A stretch of DNA of 64,000 nucleotides from Nemertoderma westbladi (taxonomy: Eukaryota; Animalia; Xenacoelomorpha): assembly GCA_032718475.1 (NCBI GenBank), contig JAUCBJ010000732.1, forward strand, positions 62,001-126,000, in the 5' to 3' direction. The stretch's first letter is position 1. Each line of letters opens with the position of its first letter. The notes beneath the pieces were generated by a model. That model was not told where the DNA came from. It made no database searches and worked only from the letters and a program-made list of their open reading frames with translations. Positions 35,916 to 50,900 of the stretch are shown one piece after another. The translations under genes and the position numbers were made by a program.

Positions 35916-38900
35916 CTAAACGGGTGAGTAAAGAGCGGGAAATTCAAACACCATCTAGGGGACGTATATAGAAACACATACACCTAAACGGGTGAGTAAA
36001 GGGCGGGAAATTCAAACACCATCTAGGGGACATATATAGAAACACATACACCTAAACGGGTGAGTAAAGAGCGGTAAATTCAAACACCATCTAGGGGACG
36101 CATATAGAAACACATACACCTAAACGGGTGAGTAAAGAGCGGGAAATTCAAACACCATCTAGGGGACGCATATAGAAACACATACACCTAAACGGGTGAG
36201 TAAAGCGCGGGAAATTCAAACACCATCTAGGGGACGTATATAGAAACACATACACCTAAACGGGTGAGTAAAGAGCGGGAAATTCAAACACCATCTAGGG
36301 GACGCATATAGAAACACATACACCTAAACGGGTGAGTAAAGAGCGGGAAATTCAAACACCATCTAGGGGACGCATATAGAAACACATACACCGAAACGGG
36401 TGAGTAAAGAGCGGGAAATTCAAACACCATCTAGGGGACGCATATAGAAACACATACACCTAAACGGGTGAGTAAAGAGCGGGAAATTCAAACACCATCT
36501 AGGGGACGTTAATAGAAACACATACACCTAAACGGGTGAGTAAAGAGCGGGAAATTCAAACACCATCTAGGGGACGTATATAGAAACACATACACCGAAA
36601 CGGGTGAGTAAAGAGCGGGAAATTCAAACACAATCTAGGGGACGCATATAGAAACACATACACCGAAACGGGTGAGTAAAGAGCGAGACATTCAAACACC
36701 ATCTAGGGGACGTATATAGAAACACATACACCTAAACGGGTGAGTAAAGAGCGGGAAATTCAAACACCATCTAGGGGACATATATAGATACACATACACC
36801 GAAACGGGTGAGTAAAGAGCGGGAAATTCAAACACCATCTAGTGGACTAGAAACACATACACCGAAACGGGTGAGTAAAGAGCGGGAAATTCAAACACCA
36901 TCTAGGGGACGTATATAGAAACACATACACCTAAACGGGTGAGTAAAGAGCGGGAAATTCAAACACCATCTAGGGGACATATATAGATACACATACACCT
37001 AAACGGGTGAGTAAAGAGCGGTAAATTCAAACACCATCTAGGGGACGCATATAGAAACACATACACCTAAACGGGTGAGTAAAGAGCGGGAAATTCAAAC
37101 ACCATCTAGTGGACTAGAAACACATACACCGAAACGGGTGAGTAAAGAGCGGTAAATTCAAACACCATCTAGGGGACGTATATAGAAACACATACACCTA
37201 AACGGGTGAGTAAAGAGCGGGAAATTCAAGCACAATCAAGGGGACGTATATAGAAACACATACACCTAAACGGGTGAGTAAAGAGCGGTAAATTCAAACA
37301 CCATCTAGGGGACGTATATAGAAACACATACACCTAAACGGGTGAGTAAAGAGCGGGAAATTCAAGCACAATCAAGGGGACGTATATAGAAACACATACA
37401 CCTAAACGGGTGAGTAAAGAGCGGGAAATTCAAACACAATCTAGGGGACGCATATAGAAACACATACACCTAAACGGGTGAGTAAAGAGCGGGAAATTCA
37501 AACACCATCTAGGGGACGTTAATAGAAACACATACACCTAAACGGGTGAGTAAAGAGCGGGAAATTCAAACACCATCTAGGGGACGTATATAGAAACACA
37601 TACACCTAAACGGGTGAGTAAAGAGCGGGAAATTCAAACACCATCTAGGGGACGTATATAGAAACACATACACCTAAACGGGTGAGTAAAGAGCGAGACA
37701 TTCAAACACCATCTAGGACACGTATATAGAAACACATACACCTAAACGGGTGAGTAAAGAGCGGGAAATTCAAGCACAATCAAGGGGACGCATATAGAAA
37801 CACATACACCTAAACGGGTGAGTAAAGAGCGGTAAATTCAAACACCATCTAGGGGACGTATATAGAAACACATACACCTAAACGGGTGAGTAAAGAGCGG
37901 GAAATTCAAACACCATCTAGGGGACGTATATAGAAACACATACACCTAAACGGGTGAGTAAAGAGCGAGACATTCAAACACCATCTAGGACACGTATATA
38001 GAAACACATACACCTAAACGGGTGAGTAAAGGGCGGGAAATTCAAACACCATCTAGGGGACGTTAATAGAAACACATACACCTAAACGGGTGAGTAAAGA
38101 GCGAGACATTCAAACACCATCTAGGGGACGTTAATAGAAACACATACACCTAAACGGGTGAGTAAAGAGCGGGAAATTCAAACACCATCTAGGGGACGTA
38201 TATAGAAACACATACACCTAAACGGGTGAGTAAAGAGCGGGAAATTCAAACACCATCTAGGGGACGCTAATAGAAACACATACACCTAAACGGGTGAGTA
38301 AAGAGCGGGAAATTCAAACACCATCTAGGGGACGTTAATAGAAACACATACACCTAAACGGGTGAGTAAAGAGCGAGACATTCAAACACCATCTAGGGGA
38401 CGTATATAGAAACACATACACCGAAACGGGTGAGTAAAGAGCGGTAAATTCAAACACCATCTAGGGGACGTTAATAGAAACACATACACCTAAACGGGTG
38501 AGTAAAGAGCGAGACATTCAAACACCATCTAGGGGACGTATATAGAAACACATACACCTAAACGGGTGAGTAAAGAGCGGGAAATTCAAACACCATCTAG
38601 GGGACGCATATAGAAACACATACACCTAAACGGGTGAGTAAAGAGCGGGAAATTCAAACACCATCTAGGGGACGCATATAGAAACACATACACCGAAACG
38701 GGTGAGTAAAGAGCGGTAAATTCAAACACCATCTAGGGGACGTTAATAGAAACACATACACCTAAACGGGTGAGTAAAGAGCGGTAAATTCAAACACCAT
38801 CTAGGGGACGTTAATAGAAACACATACACCTAAACGGGTGAGTAAAGAGCGGGAAATTCAAACACCATCTAGGGGACGCATATAGAAACACATACACCGA

Positions 38901-41900
38901 AACGGGTGAGTAAAGAGCGGTAAATTCAAACACCATCTAGGGGACGTTAATAGAAACACATACACCTAAACGGGTGAGTAAAGATCGGTAAATTCAAACA
39001 CCATCTAGGGGACGTATATAGAAACACATACACCTAAACGGGTGAGTAAAGAGCGGCAAATTCAAACACCATCTAGGGGATGTTAATAGAAACACATACA
39101 CCTAAACGGGTGAGTAAAGGGCGGGAAATTCAAACACCATCTAGGGGACGTTAATAGAAACACATACACCTAAACGGGTGAGTAAAGAGCGAGACATTCA
39201 AACACCATCTAGGGGACGTATATAGAAACACATACACCTAAACGGGTGAGTAAAGAGCGGGAAATTCAAACACCATCTAGGGGATGTTAATAGAAACACA
39301 TACACCTAAACGGGTGAGTAAAGGGCGGGAAATTCAAACACCATCTAGGGGATGTTAATAGAAACACATACACCTAAACGGGTGAGTAAAGAGCGGGAAA
39401 TTCAAACACCATCTAGGGGACGCATATAGAAACACATACACCGAAACGGGTGAGTAAAGAGCGGTAAATTCAAACACCATCTAGGGGACGTTAATAGAAA
39501 CACATACACCTAAACGGGTGAGTAAAGAGCGGGAAATTCAAACACCATCTAGGGGACGTTAATAGAAACACATACACCTAAACGGGTGAGTAAAGGGCGG
39601 GAAATTCAAACACCATCTAGGGGACGCATATAGAAACACATACACCGAAACGGGTGAGTAAAGAGCGGTAAATTCAAACACCATCTAGGGGACGTTAATA
39701 GAAACACATACACCTAAACGGGTGAGTAAAGAGCGGGAAATTCAAACACCATCTAGGGGACGTATATAGAAACACATACACCGAAACGGGTGAGTAAAGA
39801 GCGGTAAATTCAAACACCATCTAGGGGACGTATATAGAAACACATACACCTAAACGGGTGAGTAAAGAGCGGGAAATTCAAGCACAATCAAGGGGACGTA
39901 TATAGAAACACATACACCTAAACGGGTGAGTAAAGAGCGGGAAATTCAAACACAATCTAGGGGACGCATATAGAAACACATACACCTAAACGGGTGAGTA
40001 AAGAGCGGGAAATTCAAACACCATCTAGGGGACGTTAATAGAAACACATACACCTAAACGGGTGAGTAAAGAGCGGGAAATTCAAACACCATCTAGGGGA
40101 CGTATATAGAAACACATACACCTAAACGGGTGAGTAAAGAGCGGGAAATTCAAACACCATCTAGGGGACGTATATAGAAACACATACACCTAAACGGGTG
40201 AGTAAAGAGCGAGACATTCAAACACCATCTAGGACACGTATATAGAAACACATACACCTAAACGGGTGAGTAAAGAGCGGGAAATTCAAGCACAATCAAG
40301 GGGACGCATATAGAAACACATACACCTAAACGGGTGAGTAAAGAGCGGTAAATTCAAACACCATCTAGGGGACGTATATAGAAACACATACACCTAAACG
40401 GGTGAGTAAAGAGCGGGAAATTCAAACACCATCTAGGGGACGTATATAGAAACACATACACCTAAACGGGTGAGTAAAGAGCGAGACATTCAAACACCAT
40501 CTAGGACACGTATATAGAAACACATACACCTAAACGGGTGAGTAAAGGGCGGGAAATTCAAACACCATCTAGGGGACGTTAATAGAAACACATACACCTA
40601 AACGGGTGAGTAAAGAGCGAGACATTCAAACACCATCTAGGGGACGTTAATAGAAACACATACACCTAAACGGGTGAGTAAAGAGCGGGAAATTCAAACA
40701 CCATCTAGGGGACGTATATAGAAACACATACACCTAAACGGGTGAGTAAAGAGCGGGAAATTCAAACACCATCTAGGGGACGTTAATAGAAACACATACA
40801 CCTAAACGGGTGAGTAAAGAGCGGGAAATTCAAACACCATCTAGGGGACGTTAATAGAAACACATACACCTAAACGGGTGAGTAAAGAGCGAGACATTCA
40901 AACACCATCTAGGGGACGTATATAGAAACACATACACCGAAACGGGTGAGTAAAGAGCGGTAAATTCAAACACCATCTAGGGGACGTTAATAGAAACACA
41001 TACACCTAAACGGGTGAGTAAAGAGCGAGACATTCAAACACCATCTAGGGGACGTATATAGAAACACATACACCTAAACGGGTGAGTAAAGAGCGGGAAA
41101 TTCAAACACCATCTAGGGGACGCATATAGAAACACATACACCTAAACGGGTGAGTAAAGAGCGGGAAATTCAAACACCATCTAGGGGACGCATATAGAAA
41201 CACATACACCGAAACGGGTGAGTAAAGAGCGGTAAATTCAAACACCATCTAGGGGACGTTAATAGAAACACATACACCTAAACGGGTGAGTAAAGAGCGG
41301 TAAATTCAAACACCATCTAGGGGACGTTAATAGAAACACATACACCTAAACGGGTGAGTAAAGAGCGGGAAATTCAAACACCATCTAGGGGACGCATATA
41401 GAAACACATACACCGAAACGGGTGAGTAAAGAGCGGTAAATTCAAACACCATCTAGGGGACGTTAATAGAAACACATACACCTAAACGGGTGAGTAAAGA
41501 TCGGTAAATTCAAACACCATCTAGGGGACGTATATAGAAACACATACACCTAAACGGGTGAGTAAAGAGCGGCAAATTCAAACACCATCTAGGGGATGTT
41601 AATAGAAACACATACACCTAAACGGGTGAGTAAAGGGCGGGAAATTCAAACACCATCTAGGGGACGTATATAGAAACACATACACCTAAACGGGTGAGTA
41701 AAGAGCGGGAAATTCAAACACCATCTAGGGGACGTATATAGAAACACATACACCTAAACGGGTGAGTAAAGAGCGGGAAATTCAAACACCATCTAGGGGA
41801 CGTATATAGAAACACATACACCTAAACGGGTGAGTAAAGGGCGGGAAATTCAAACACCATCTAGGGGATGTTAATAGAAACACATACACCTAAACGGGTG

Positions 41901-44900
41901 AGTAAAGAGCGGGAAATTCAAACACCATCTAGGGGACGCATATAGAAACACATACACCGAAACGGGTGAGTAAAGAGCGGTAAATTCAAACACCATCTAG
42001 GGGACGTTAATAGAAACACATACACCTAAACGGGTGAGTAAAGAGCGGGAAATTCAAACACCATCTAGGGGACGTTAATAGAAACACATACACCTAAACG
42101 GGTGAGTAAAGAGCGGGAAATTCAAACACCATCTAGGGGACGCATATAGAAACACATACACCGAAACGGGTGAGTAAAGAGCGGTAAATTCAAACACCAT
42201 CTAGGGGACGTTAATAGAAACACATACACCTAAACGGGTGAGTAAAGAGCGGGAAATTCAAACACCATCTAGGGGACGTATATAGAAACACATACACCGA
42301 AACGGGTGAGTAAAGAGCGGTAAATTCAAACACCATCTAGGGGACGTTAATAGAAACACATACACCTAAACGGGTGAGTAAAGAGCGAGACATTCAAACA
42401 CCATCTAGGGGACGTTAATAGAAACACATACACCTATACGGGTGAGTAAAGAGCGGGAAATTCAAACACCATCTAGGGGATGTTAATAGAAACACATACA
42501 CCTAAACGGGTGAGTAAAGAGCGAGACATTCAAACACCATCTAGGGGACGTATATAGAAACACATACACCTAAACGGGTGAGTAAAGAGCGGGAAATTCA
42601 AACACCATCTAGGGGACGCATATAGAAACACATACACCGAAACGGGTGAGTAAAGAGCGGGAAATTCAAACACCATCTAGGGGACGTATATAGATACACA
42701 TACACCTAAACGGGTTAGTAAAGAGCGGTAAATTCAAACACCATCTAGGGGACGTATATAGAAACACATACACCTAAACGGGTGAGTAAAGAGCGAGACA
42801 TTCAAACACCATCTAGGGGACGTATATAGAAACACATACACCTAAACGGGTGAGTAAAGAGCGGGAAATTCAAACACCATCTAGGGGACGCATATAGAAA
42901 CACATACACCTAAACGGGTGAGTAAAGAGCGGGAAATTCAAACACCATCTAGGGGACGCATATAGAAACACATACACCGAAACGGGTGAGTAAAGAGCGG
43001 GAAATTCAAACACCATCTAGGGGACGTATATAGAAACACATACACCTAAACGGGTGAGTAAAGAGCGGGAAATTCAAACACCATCTAGGGGACGTATATA
43101 GAAACACATACACCTAAACGGGTGAGTAAAGAGCGGGAAATTCAAACACCATCTAGGGGACGTTAATAGATACACATACACCTAAACGGGTGAGTAAAGA
43201 GCGGGAAATTCAAACACCATCTAGGGGATGTTAATAGAAACACATACACCTAAACGGGTGAGTAAAGAGCGGGAAATTCAAACACCATCTAGGGGACGCA
43301 TATAGAAACACATACACCGAAACGGGTGAGTAAAGAGCGGGAAATTCAAACACCATCTAGGGGACGTATATAGATACACATACACCTAAACGGGTGAGTA
43401 AAGAGCGGGAAATTCAAACACCATCTAGGGGATGTTAATAGAAACACATACACCTAAACGGGTGAGTAAAGAGCGGGAAATTCAAACACCATCTAGGGGA
43501 CGCATATAGAAACACATACACCTAAACGGGTGAGTAAAGAGCGGGAAATTCAAACACCATCTAGGGGATGTTAATAGAAACACATACACCTAAACGGGTG
43601 AGTAAAGAGCGGGAAATTCAAACACCATCTAGGGGACGCATATAGAAACACATACACCGAAACGGGTGAGTAAAGAGCGGGAAATTCAAACACCATCTAG
43701 GGGACGTATATAGATACACATACACCTAAACGGGTGAGTAAAGAGCGGGAAATTCAAACACCATCTAGGGGATGTTAATAGAAACACATACACCTAAACG
43801 GGTGAGTAAAGAGCGGGAAATTCAAACACCATCTAGGGGACGCATATAGAAACACATACACCTAAACGGGTGAGTAAAGAGCGGGAAATTCAAACACCAT
43901 CTAGGGGACGCATATAGAAACACATACACCTAAACGGGTGAGTAAAGAGCGGTAAATTCAAACACAATCTAGGGGACATATATAGATACACATACACCTA
44001 AACGGGTGAGTAAAGAGCGGGAAATTCAAACACCATCTAGGGGACGTATATAGATACACATACACCTAAACGGGTGAGTAAAGAGAGGGAAATTCAAACA
44101 CCATCTAGGGGACGCATATAGAAACACATACACCGAAACGGGTGAGTAAAGAGCGGGAAATTCAAACACCATCTAGGGGACGTATATAGAAACACATACA
44201 CCTAAACGGGTGAGTAAAGAGCGGGAAATTCAAACACCATCTAGGGGACGTATATAGAAACACATACCCCTAAACGGGTGAGTAAAGAGCGGGAAATTCA
44301 AACACCATCTAGGGGACGTATATAGAAACACATACACCTAAACGGGTGAGTAAAGAGCGGGAAATTCAAACACCATCTAGGGGACGTATATAGAAACACA
44401 TACACCTAAACGGGTGAGTAAAGAGCGGGAAATTCAAACACCATCTAGGGGATGTTAATAGAAACACATACACCTAAACGGGTGAGTAAAGAGCGGGAAA
44501 TTCAAACACCATCTAGGGGATGTTAATAGAAACACATACACCTAAACGGGTGAGTAAAGAGCGGGAAATTCAAACACCATCTAGGGGACGCATATAGAAA
44601 CACATACACCGAAACGGGTGAGTAAAGAGCGGTAAATTCAAACACCATCTAGGGGACGTTAATAGAAACACATACACCTAAACGGGTGAGTAAAGAGCGG
44701 GAAATTCAAACACCATCTAGGGGACGTTAATAGAAACACATACACCTAAACGGGTGAGTAAAGAGCGGGAAATTCAAACACCATCTAGGGGACGCATATA
44801 GAAACACATACACCGAAACGGGTGAGTAAAGAGCGGTAAATTCAAACACCATCTAGGGGACGTTAATAGAAACACATACACCTAAACGGGTGAGTAAAGA

Positions 44901-47900
44901 GCGGGAAATTCAAACACCATCTAGGGGACGTATATAGAAACACATACACCTAAACGGGTGAGTAAAGAGCGAGACATTCAAACACCATCTAGGGGACGTT
45001 AATAGAAACACATACACCTATACGGGTGAGTAAAGAGCGGGAAATTCAAACACCATCTAGGGGATGTTAATAGAAACACATACACCTAAACGGGTGAGTA
45101 AAGAGCGAGACATTCAAACACCATCTAGGGGACGTATATAGAAACACATACACCTAAACGGGTGAGTAAAGAGCGGGAAATTCAAACACCATCTAGGGGA
45201 CGCATATAGAAACACATACACCGAAACGGGTGAGTAAAGAGCGGGAAATTCAAACACCATCTAGGGGACGTATATAGATACACATACACCTAAACGGGTG
45301 AGTAAAGAGCGGTAAATTCAAACACCATCTAGGGGACGTATATAGAAACACATACACCTAAACGGGTGAGTAAAGAGCGAGACATTCAAACACCATCTAG
45401 GGGACGTATATAGAAACACATACACCTAAACGGGTGAGTAAAGAGCGGGAAATTCAAACACCATCTAGGGGACGCATATAGAAACACATACACCTAAACG
45501 GGTGAGTAAAGAGCGGGAAATTCAAACACCATCTAGGGGACGTTAATAGAAACACATACACCTAAACGGGTGAGTAAAGAGCGGGAAATTCAAACACCAT
45601 CTAGGGGACGTATATAGATACACATACACCTAAACGGGTGAGTAAAGAGCGGGAAATTCAAACACCATCTAGGGGACGTATATAGAAACACATACACCGA
45701 AACGGGTGAGTAAAGAGCGGGAAATTCAAACACCATCTAGGGGACGTTAATAGAAACACATACACCTAAACGGGTGAGTAAAGAGCGGGAAATTCAAACA
45801 CCATCTAGGGGACGTATATAGATACACATACACCTAAACGGGTGAGTAAAGAGCGGGAAATTCAAACACCATCTAGGGGATGTTAATAGAAACACATACA
45901 CCTAAACGGGTGAGTAAAGAGCGGGAAATTCAAACACCATCTAGGGGACGCATATAGAAACACATACACCGAAACGGGTGAGTAAAGAGCGGGAAATTCA
46001 AACACCATCTAGGGGACGTATATAGATACACATACACCTAAACGGGTGAGTAAAGAGCGGGAAATTCAAACACCATCTAGGGGATGTTAATAGAAACACA
46101 TACACCTAAACGGGTGAGTAAAGAGCGGGAAATTCAAACACCATCTAGGGGACGCATATAGAAACACATACACCTAAACGGGTGAGTAAAGGGCGGTAAA
46201 TTCAAACACAATCTAGGGGACATATATAGATACACATACACCTAAACGGGTGAGTAAAGAGCGGGAAATTCAAACACCATCTAGGGGACGTATATAGATA
46301 CACATACACCTAAACGGGTGAGTAAAGAGAGGGAAATTCAAACACCATCTAGGGGACGCATATAGAAACACATACACCGAAACGGGTGAGTAAAGAGCGG
46401 GAAATTCAAACACCATCTAGGGGACGTATATAGAAACACATACACCTAAACGGGTGAGTAAAGAGCGGGAAATTCAAACACCATCTAGGGGACGTATATA
46501 GAAACACATACCCCTAAACGGGTGAGTAAAGAGCGGGAAATTCAAACACCATCTAGGGGACGTATATAGAAACACATACACCTAAACGGGTGAGTAAAGA
46601 GCGGGAAATTCAAACACCATCTAGGGGACGCATATAGAAACACATACACCTAAACGGGTGAGTAAAGAGCGGGAAATTCAAACACCATCTAGGGGACGCA
46701 TATAGAAACACATACACCGAAACGGGTGAGTAAAGAGCGGGAAATTCAAACACCATCTAGGGGACGTATATAGATATACATACACCTAAACGGGTGAGTA
46801 AAGAGCGGGAAATTCAAACACCATCTAGGGGACGCATATAGATATACATACACCGAAACGGGTGAGTAAAGAGCGGGAAATTCAAACACAATCTAGGGGA
46901 CGCATATAGATATACATACACCTAAACGGGTGAGTAAAGATCGGGAAATTCAAACACAATCTAGGGGACGCATATAGATATACATACACCGAAACGGGTG
47001 AGTAAAGAGCAGGAAATTCAAACACCATCTAGGGGACGTATATAGAAACACATACACCGAAACGGGTGAGTAAAGAGCGGGAAATTCAAACACCATCTAG
47101 GGGACGTATATAGATACACATACACCTAAACGGGTGAGTAAAGAGCGGGAAATTCAAACACCATCTAGTGGACGTATATAGAAACACATACACCTAAACT
47201 GGTGAGTAAAGAGCGGTAAATTCAAACACCATCTAGGGGACGTTAATAGAAACACATACACCTAAACGGGTGAGTAAAGAGCGGGAAATTCAAACACCAT
47301 CTAGGGGACGTTAATAGAAACACATACACCTAAACGGGTGAGTAAAGAGCGGGAAATTCAAACACCATCTAGTGGACGTATATAGAAACACATACACCTA
47401 AACGGGTGAGTAAAGAGCGGGAAATTCAAGCACAATCAAGGGGACGTATATAGAAACACATACACCTAAACGGGTGAGTAAAGAGCGGGAAATTCAAACA
47501 CCATCTAGGGGACGCATATAGATATACATACACCGAAACGGGTGAGTAAAGAGCGGGAAATTCAAACACAATCTAGGGGACGCATATAGATATACATACA
47601 CCTAAACGGGTGAGTAAAGATCGGGAAATTCAAACACAATCTAGGGGACGCATATAGATATACATACACCGAAACGGGTGAGTAAAGAGCAGGAAATTCA
47701 AACACCATCTAGGGGACGTATATAGAAACACATACACCGAAACGGGTGAGTAAAGAGCGGGAAATTCAAACACCATCTAGGGGACGTATATAGAAACACA
47801 TACACCTAAACGGGTGAGTAAAGAGCGGGAAATTCAAACACCATCTAGGGGACGTTAATAGAAACACATACACCTAAACGGGTGAGTAAAGAGCGGGAAA

Positions 47901-50900
47901 TTCAAACACCATCTAGGGGACGTATATAGATACACATACACCTAAACGGGTGAGTAAAGAGCGGGAAATTCAAACACCATCTAGTGGACGTATATAGAAA
48001 CACATACACCTAAACTGGTGAGTAAAGAGCGGTAAATTCAAACACCATCTAGGGGACGTTAATAGAAACACATACACCTAAACGGGTGAGTAAAGAGCGG
48101 GAAATTCAAACACAATCTAGGGGACGCATATAGAAACACATACACCTAAACGGGTGAGTAAAGAGCGGGAAATTCAAACACCATCTAGGGGACGCATATA
48201 GAAACACATACACCTAAACGGGTGAGTAAAGAGCGGGAAATTCAAACACCATCTAGGGGACGTAATATAGATACACATACACCGAAACGGGTGAGTAAAG
48301 AGCGGGAAATTCAAACACAATCTAGGGGACGTTAATAGAAACACATACACCTAAACGGGTGAGTAAAGAGCGGGAAATTCAAACACCATCTAGTGGACGT
48401 ATATAGAAACACATACACCTAAACGGGTGAGTAAAGAGCGAGACATTCAAACACCATCTAGGGGACGCCTATAGAAACACATACACCTAAACGGGTGAGT
48501 AAAGAGCGGGAAATTCAAACACCATCTAGGGGACGCATATAGAAACACATACACCGAAACGGGTGAGTAAAGAGCGGGAAATTCAAACACAATCTAGGGG
48601 ACGTTAATAGAAACACATACACCTAAACGGGTGACTAAAGAGCGGGAAATTCAAACACCATCTAGTGGACGTATATAGAAACACATACACCTAAACGGGT
48701 GAGTAAAGAGTGGGAAATTCAAACACCATCTAGGGGACGTTAATAGAAACACATACACCTAAACGGGTGAGTAAAGAGCGAGACATTCAAACACCATCTA
48801 GGGGACGCATATAGAAACACATACACCTAAACGGGTGAGTAAAGAGCGGGAAATTCAAACACCATCTAGGGGACGCATATAGAAACACATACACCTAAAC
48901 GGGTGAGTAAAGAGCGGGAAATTCAAACACCATCTAGGGGACGTATATAGATACACATACACCGAAACGGGTGAGTAAAGAGCGGGAAATTCAAACACAA
49001 TCTAGGGGACGTTAATAGAAACACATACACCTAAACGGGTGAGTAAAGAGCGGGAAATTCAAACACCATCTAGTGGACGTATATAGAAACACATACACCT
49101 AAACGGGTGAGTAAAGAGCGAGACATTCAAACACCATCTAGGGGACGTATATAGAAACACATACACCTAAACGGGTGAGTAAAGAGCGGGAAATTCAAAC
49201 ACCATCTAGGGGACGCATATAGAAACACATACACCGAAACGGGTGAGTAAAGAGCGGGAAATTCAAACACCATCTAGGGGACGTTAATAGAAACACATAC
49301 ACCTAAACGGGTGACTAAAGAGCGGGAAATTCAAACACCATCTAGTGGACGTATATAGAAACACATACACCTAAACGGGTGAGTAAAGAGTGGGAAATTC
49401 AAACACCATCTAGGGGACGTTAATAGAAACACATACACCTAAACGGGTGAGTAAAGAGCGAGACATTCAAACACCATCTAGGGGACGCATATAGAAACAC
49501 ATACACCTAAACGGGTGAGTAAAGAGCGGGAAATTCAAACACCATCTAGGGGACGCATATAGAAACACATACACCTAAACGGGTGAGTAAAGAGCGGGAA
49601 ATTCAAACACCATCTAGGGGACGTATATAGATACACATACACCGAAACGGGTGAGTAAAGAGCGGGAAATTCAAACACAATCTAGGGGACGTTAATAGAA
49701 ACACATACACCTAAACGGGTGAGTAAAGAGCGGGAAATTCAAACACCATCTAGTGGACGTATATAGAAACACATACACCTAAACGGGTGAGTAAAGAGCG
49801 AGACATTCAAACACCATCTAGGGGACGCCTATAGAAACACATACACCTAAACGGGTGAGTAAAGAGCGGGAAATTCAAACACCATCTAGGGGACGCATAT
49901 AGAAACACATACACCTAAACGGGTGAGTAAAGAGCGGGAAATTCAAACACCATCTAGGGGATGTTAATAGAAACACATACACCTAAACGGGTGAGTAAAG
50001 AGCGAGACATTCAAACACCATCTAGGGGACGTTAATAGAAACACATACACCTAAACGGGTGAGTAAAGAGCGGGAAATTCAAACACCATCTAGGGGACGT
50101 ATATAGAAACACATACACCGAAACGGGTGAGTAAAGAGCGGGAAATTCAAACACCATCTAGTGGACGTATATAGAAACACATACACCTAAACGGGTGAGT
50201 AAAGAGCGAGACATTCAAACACCATCTAGGGGACGCCTATAGAAACACATACACCTAAACGGGTGAGTAAAGAGCGGGAAATTCAAACACCATCTAGGGG
50301 ACGCATATAGATACACATACACCGAAACGGGTGAGTAAAGAGCGGGAAATTCAAACACAATCTAGGGGACGTTAATAGAAACACATACACCTAAACGGGT
50401 GAGTAAAGAGCGGGAAATTCAAACACCATCTAGTGGACGTATATAGAAACACATACACCTAAACGGGTGAGTAAAGAGCGAGACATTCAAACACCATCTA
50501 GGGGACGCCTATAGAAACACATACACCTAAACGGGTGAGTAAAGAGCGGGAAATTCAAACACCATCTAGGGGACGCATATAGAAACACATACACCTAAAC
50601 GGGTGAGTAAAGAGCGGGAAATTCAAACACCATCTAGGGGATGTTAATAGAAACACATACACCTAAACGGGTGAGTAAAGAGCGAGACATTCAAACACCA
50701 TCTAGGGGACGTTAATAGAAACACATACACCTAAACGGGTGAGTAAAGAGCGGGAAATTCAAACACCATCTAGGGGACGTATATAGATACACATACACCT
50801 AAACGGGTGAGTAAAGAGCGGGAAATTCAAACACCATCTAGTGGACGTATATAGAAACACATACACCTAAACTGGTGAGTAAAGAGCGGTAAATTCAAAC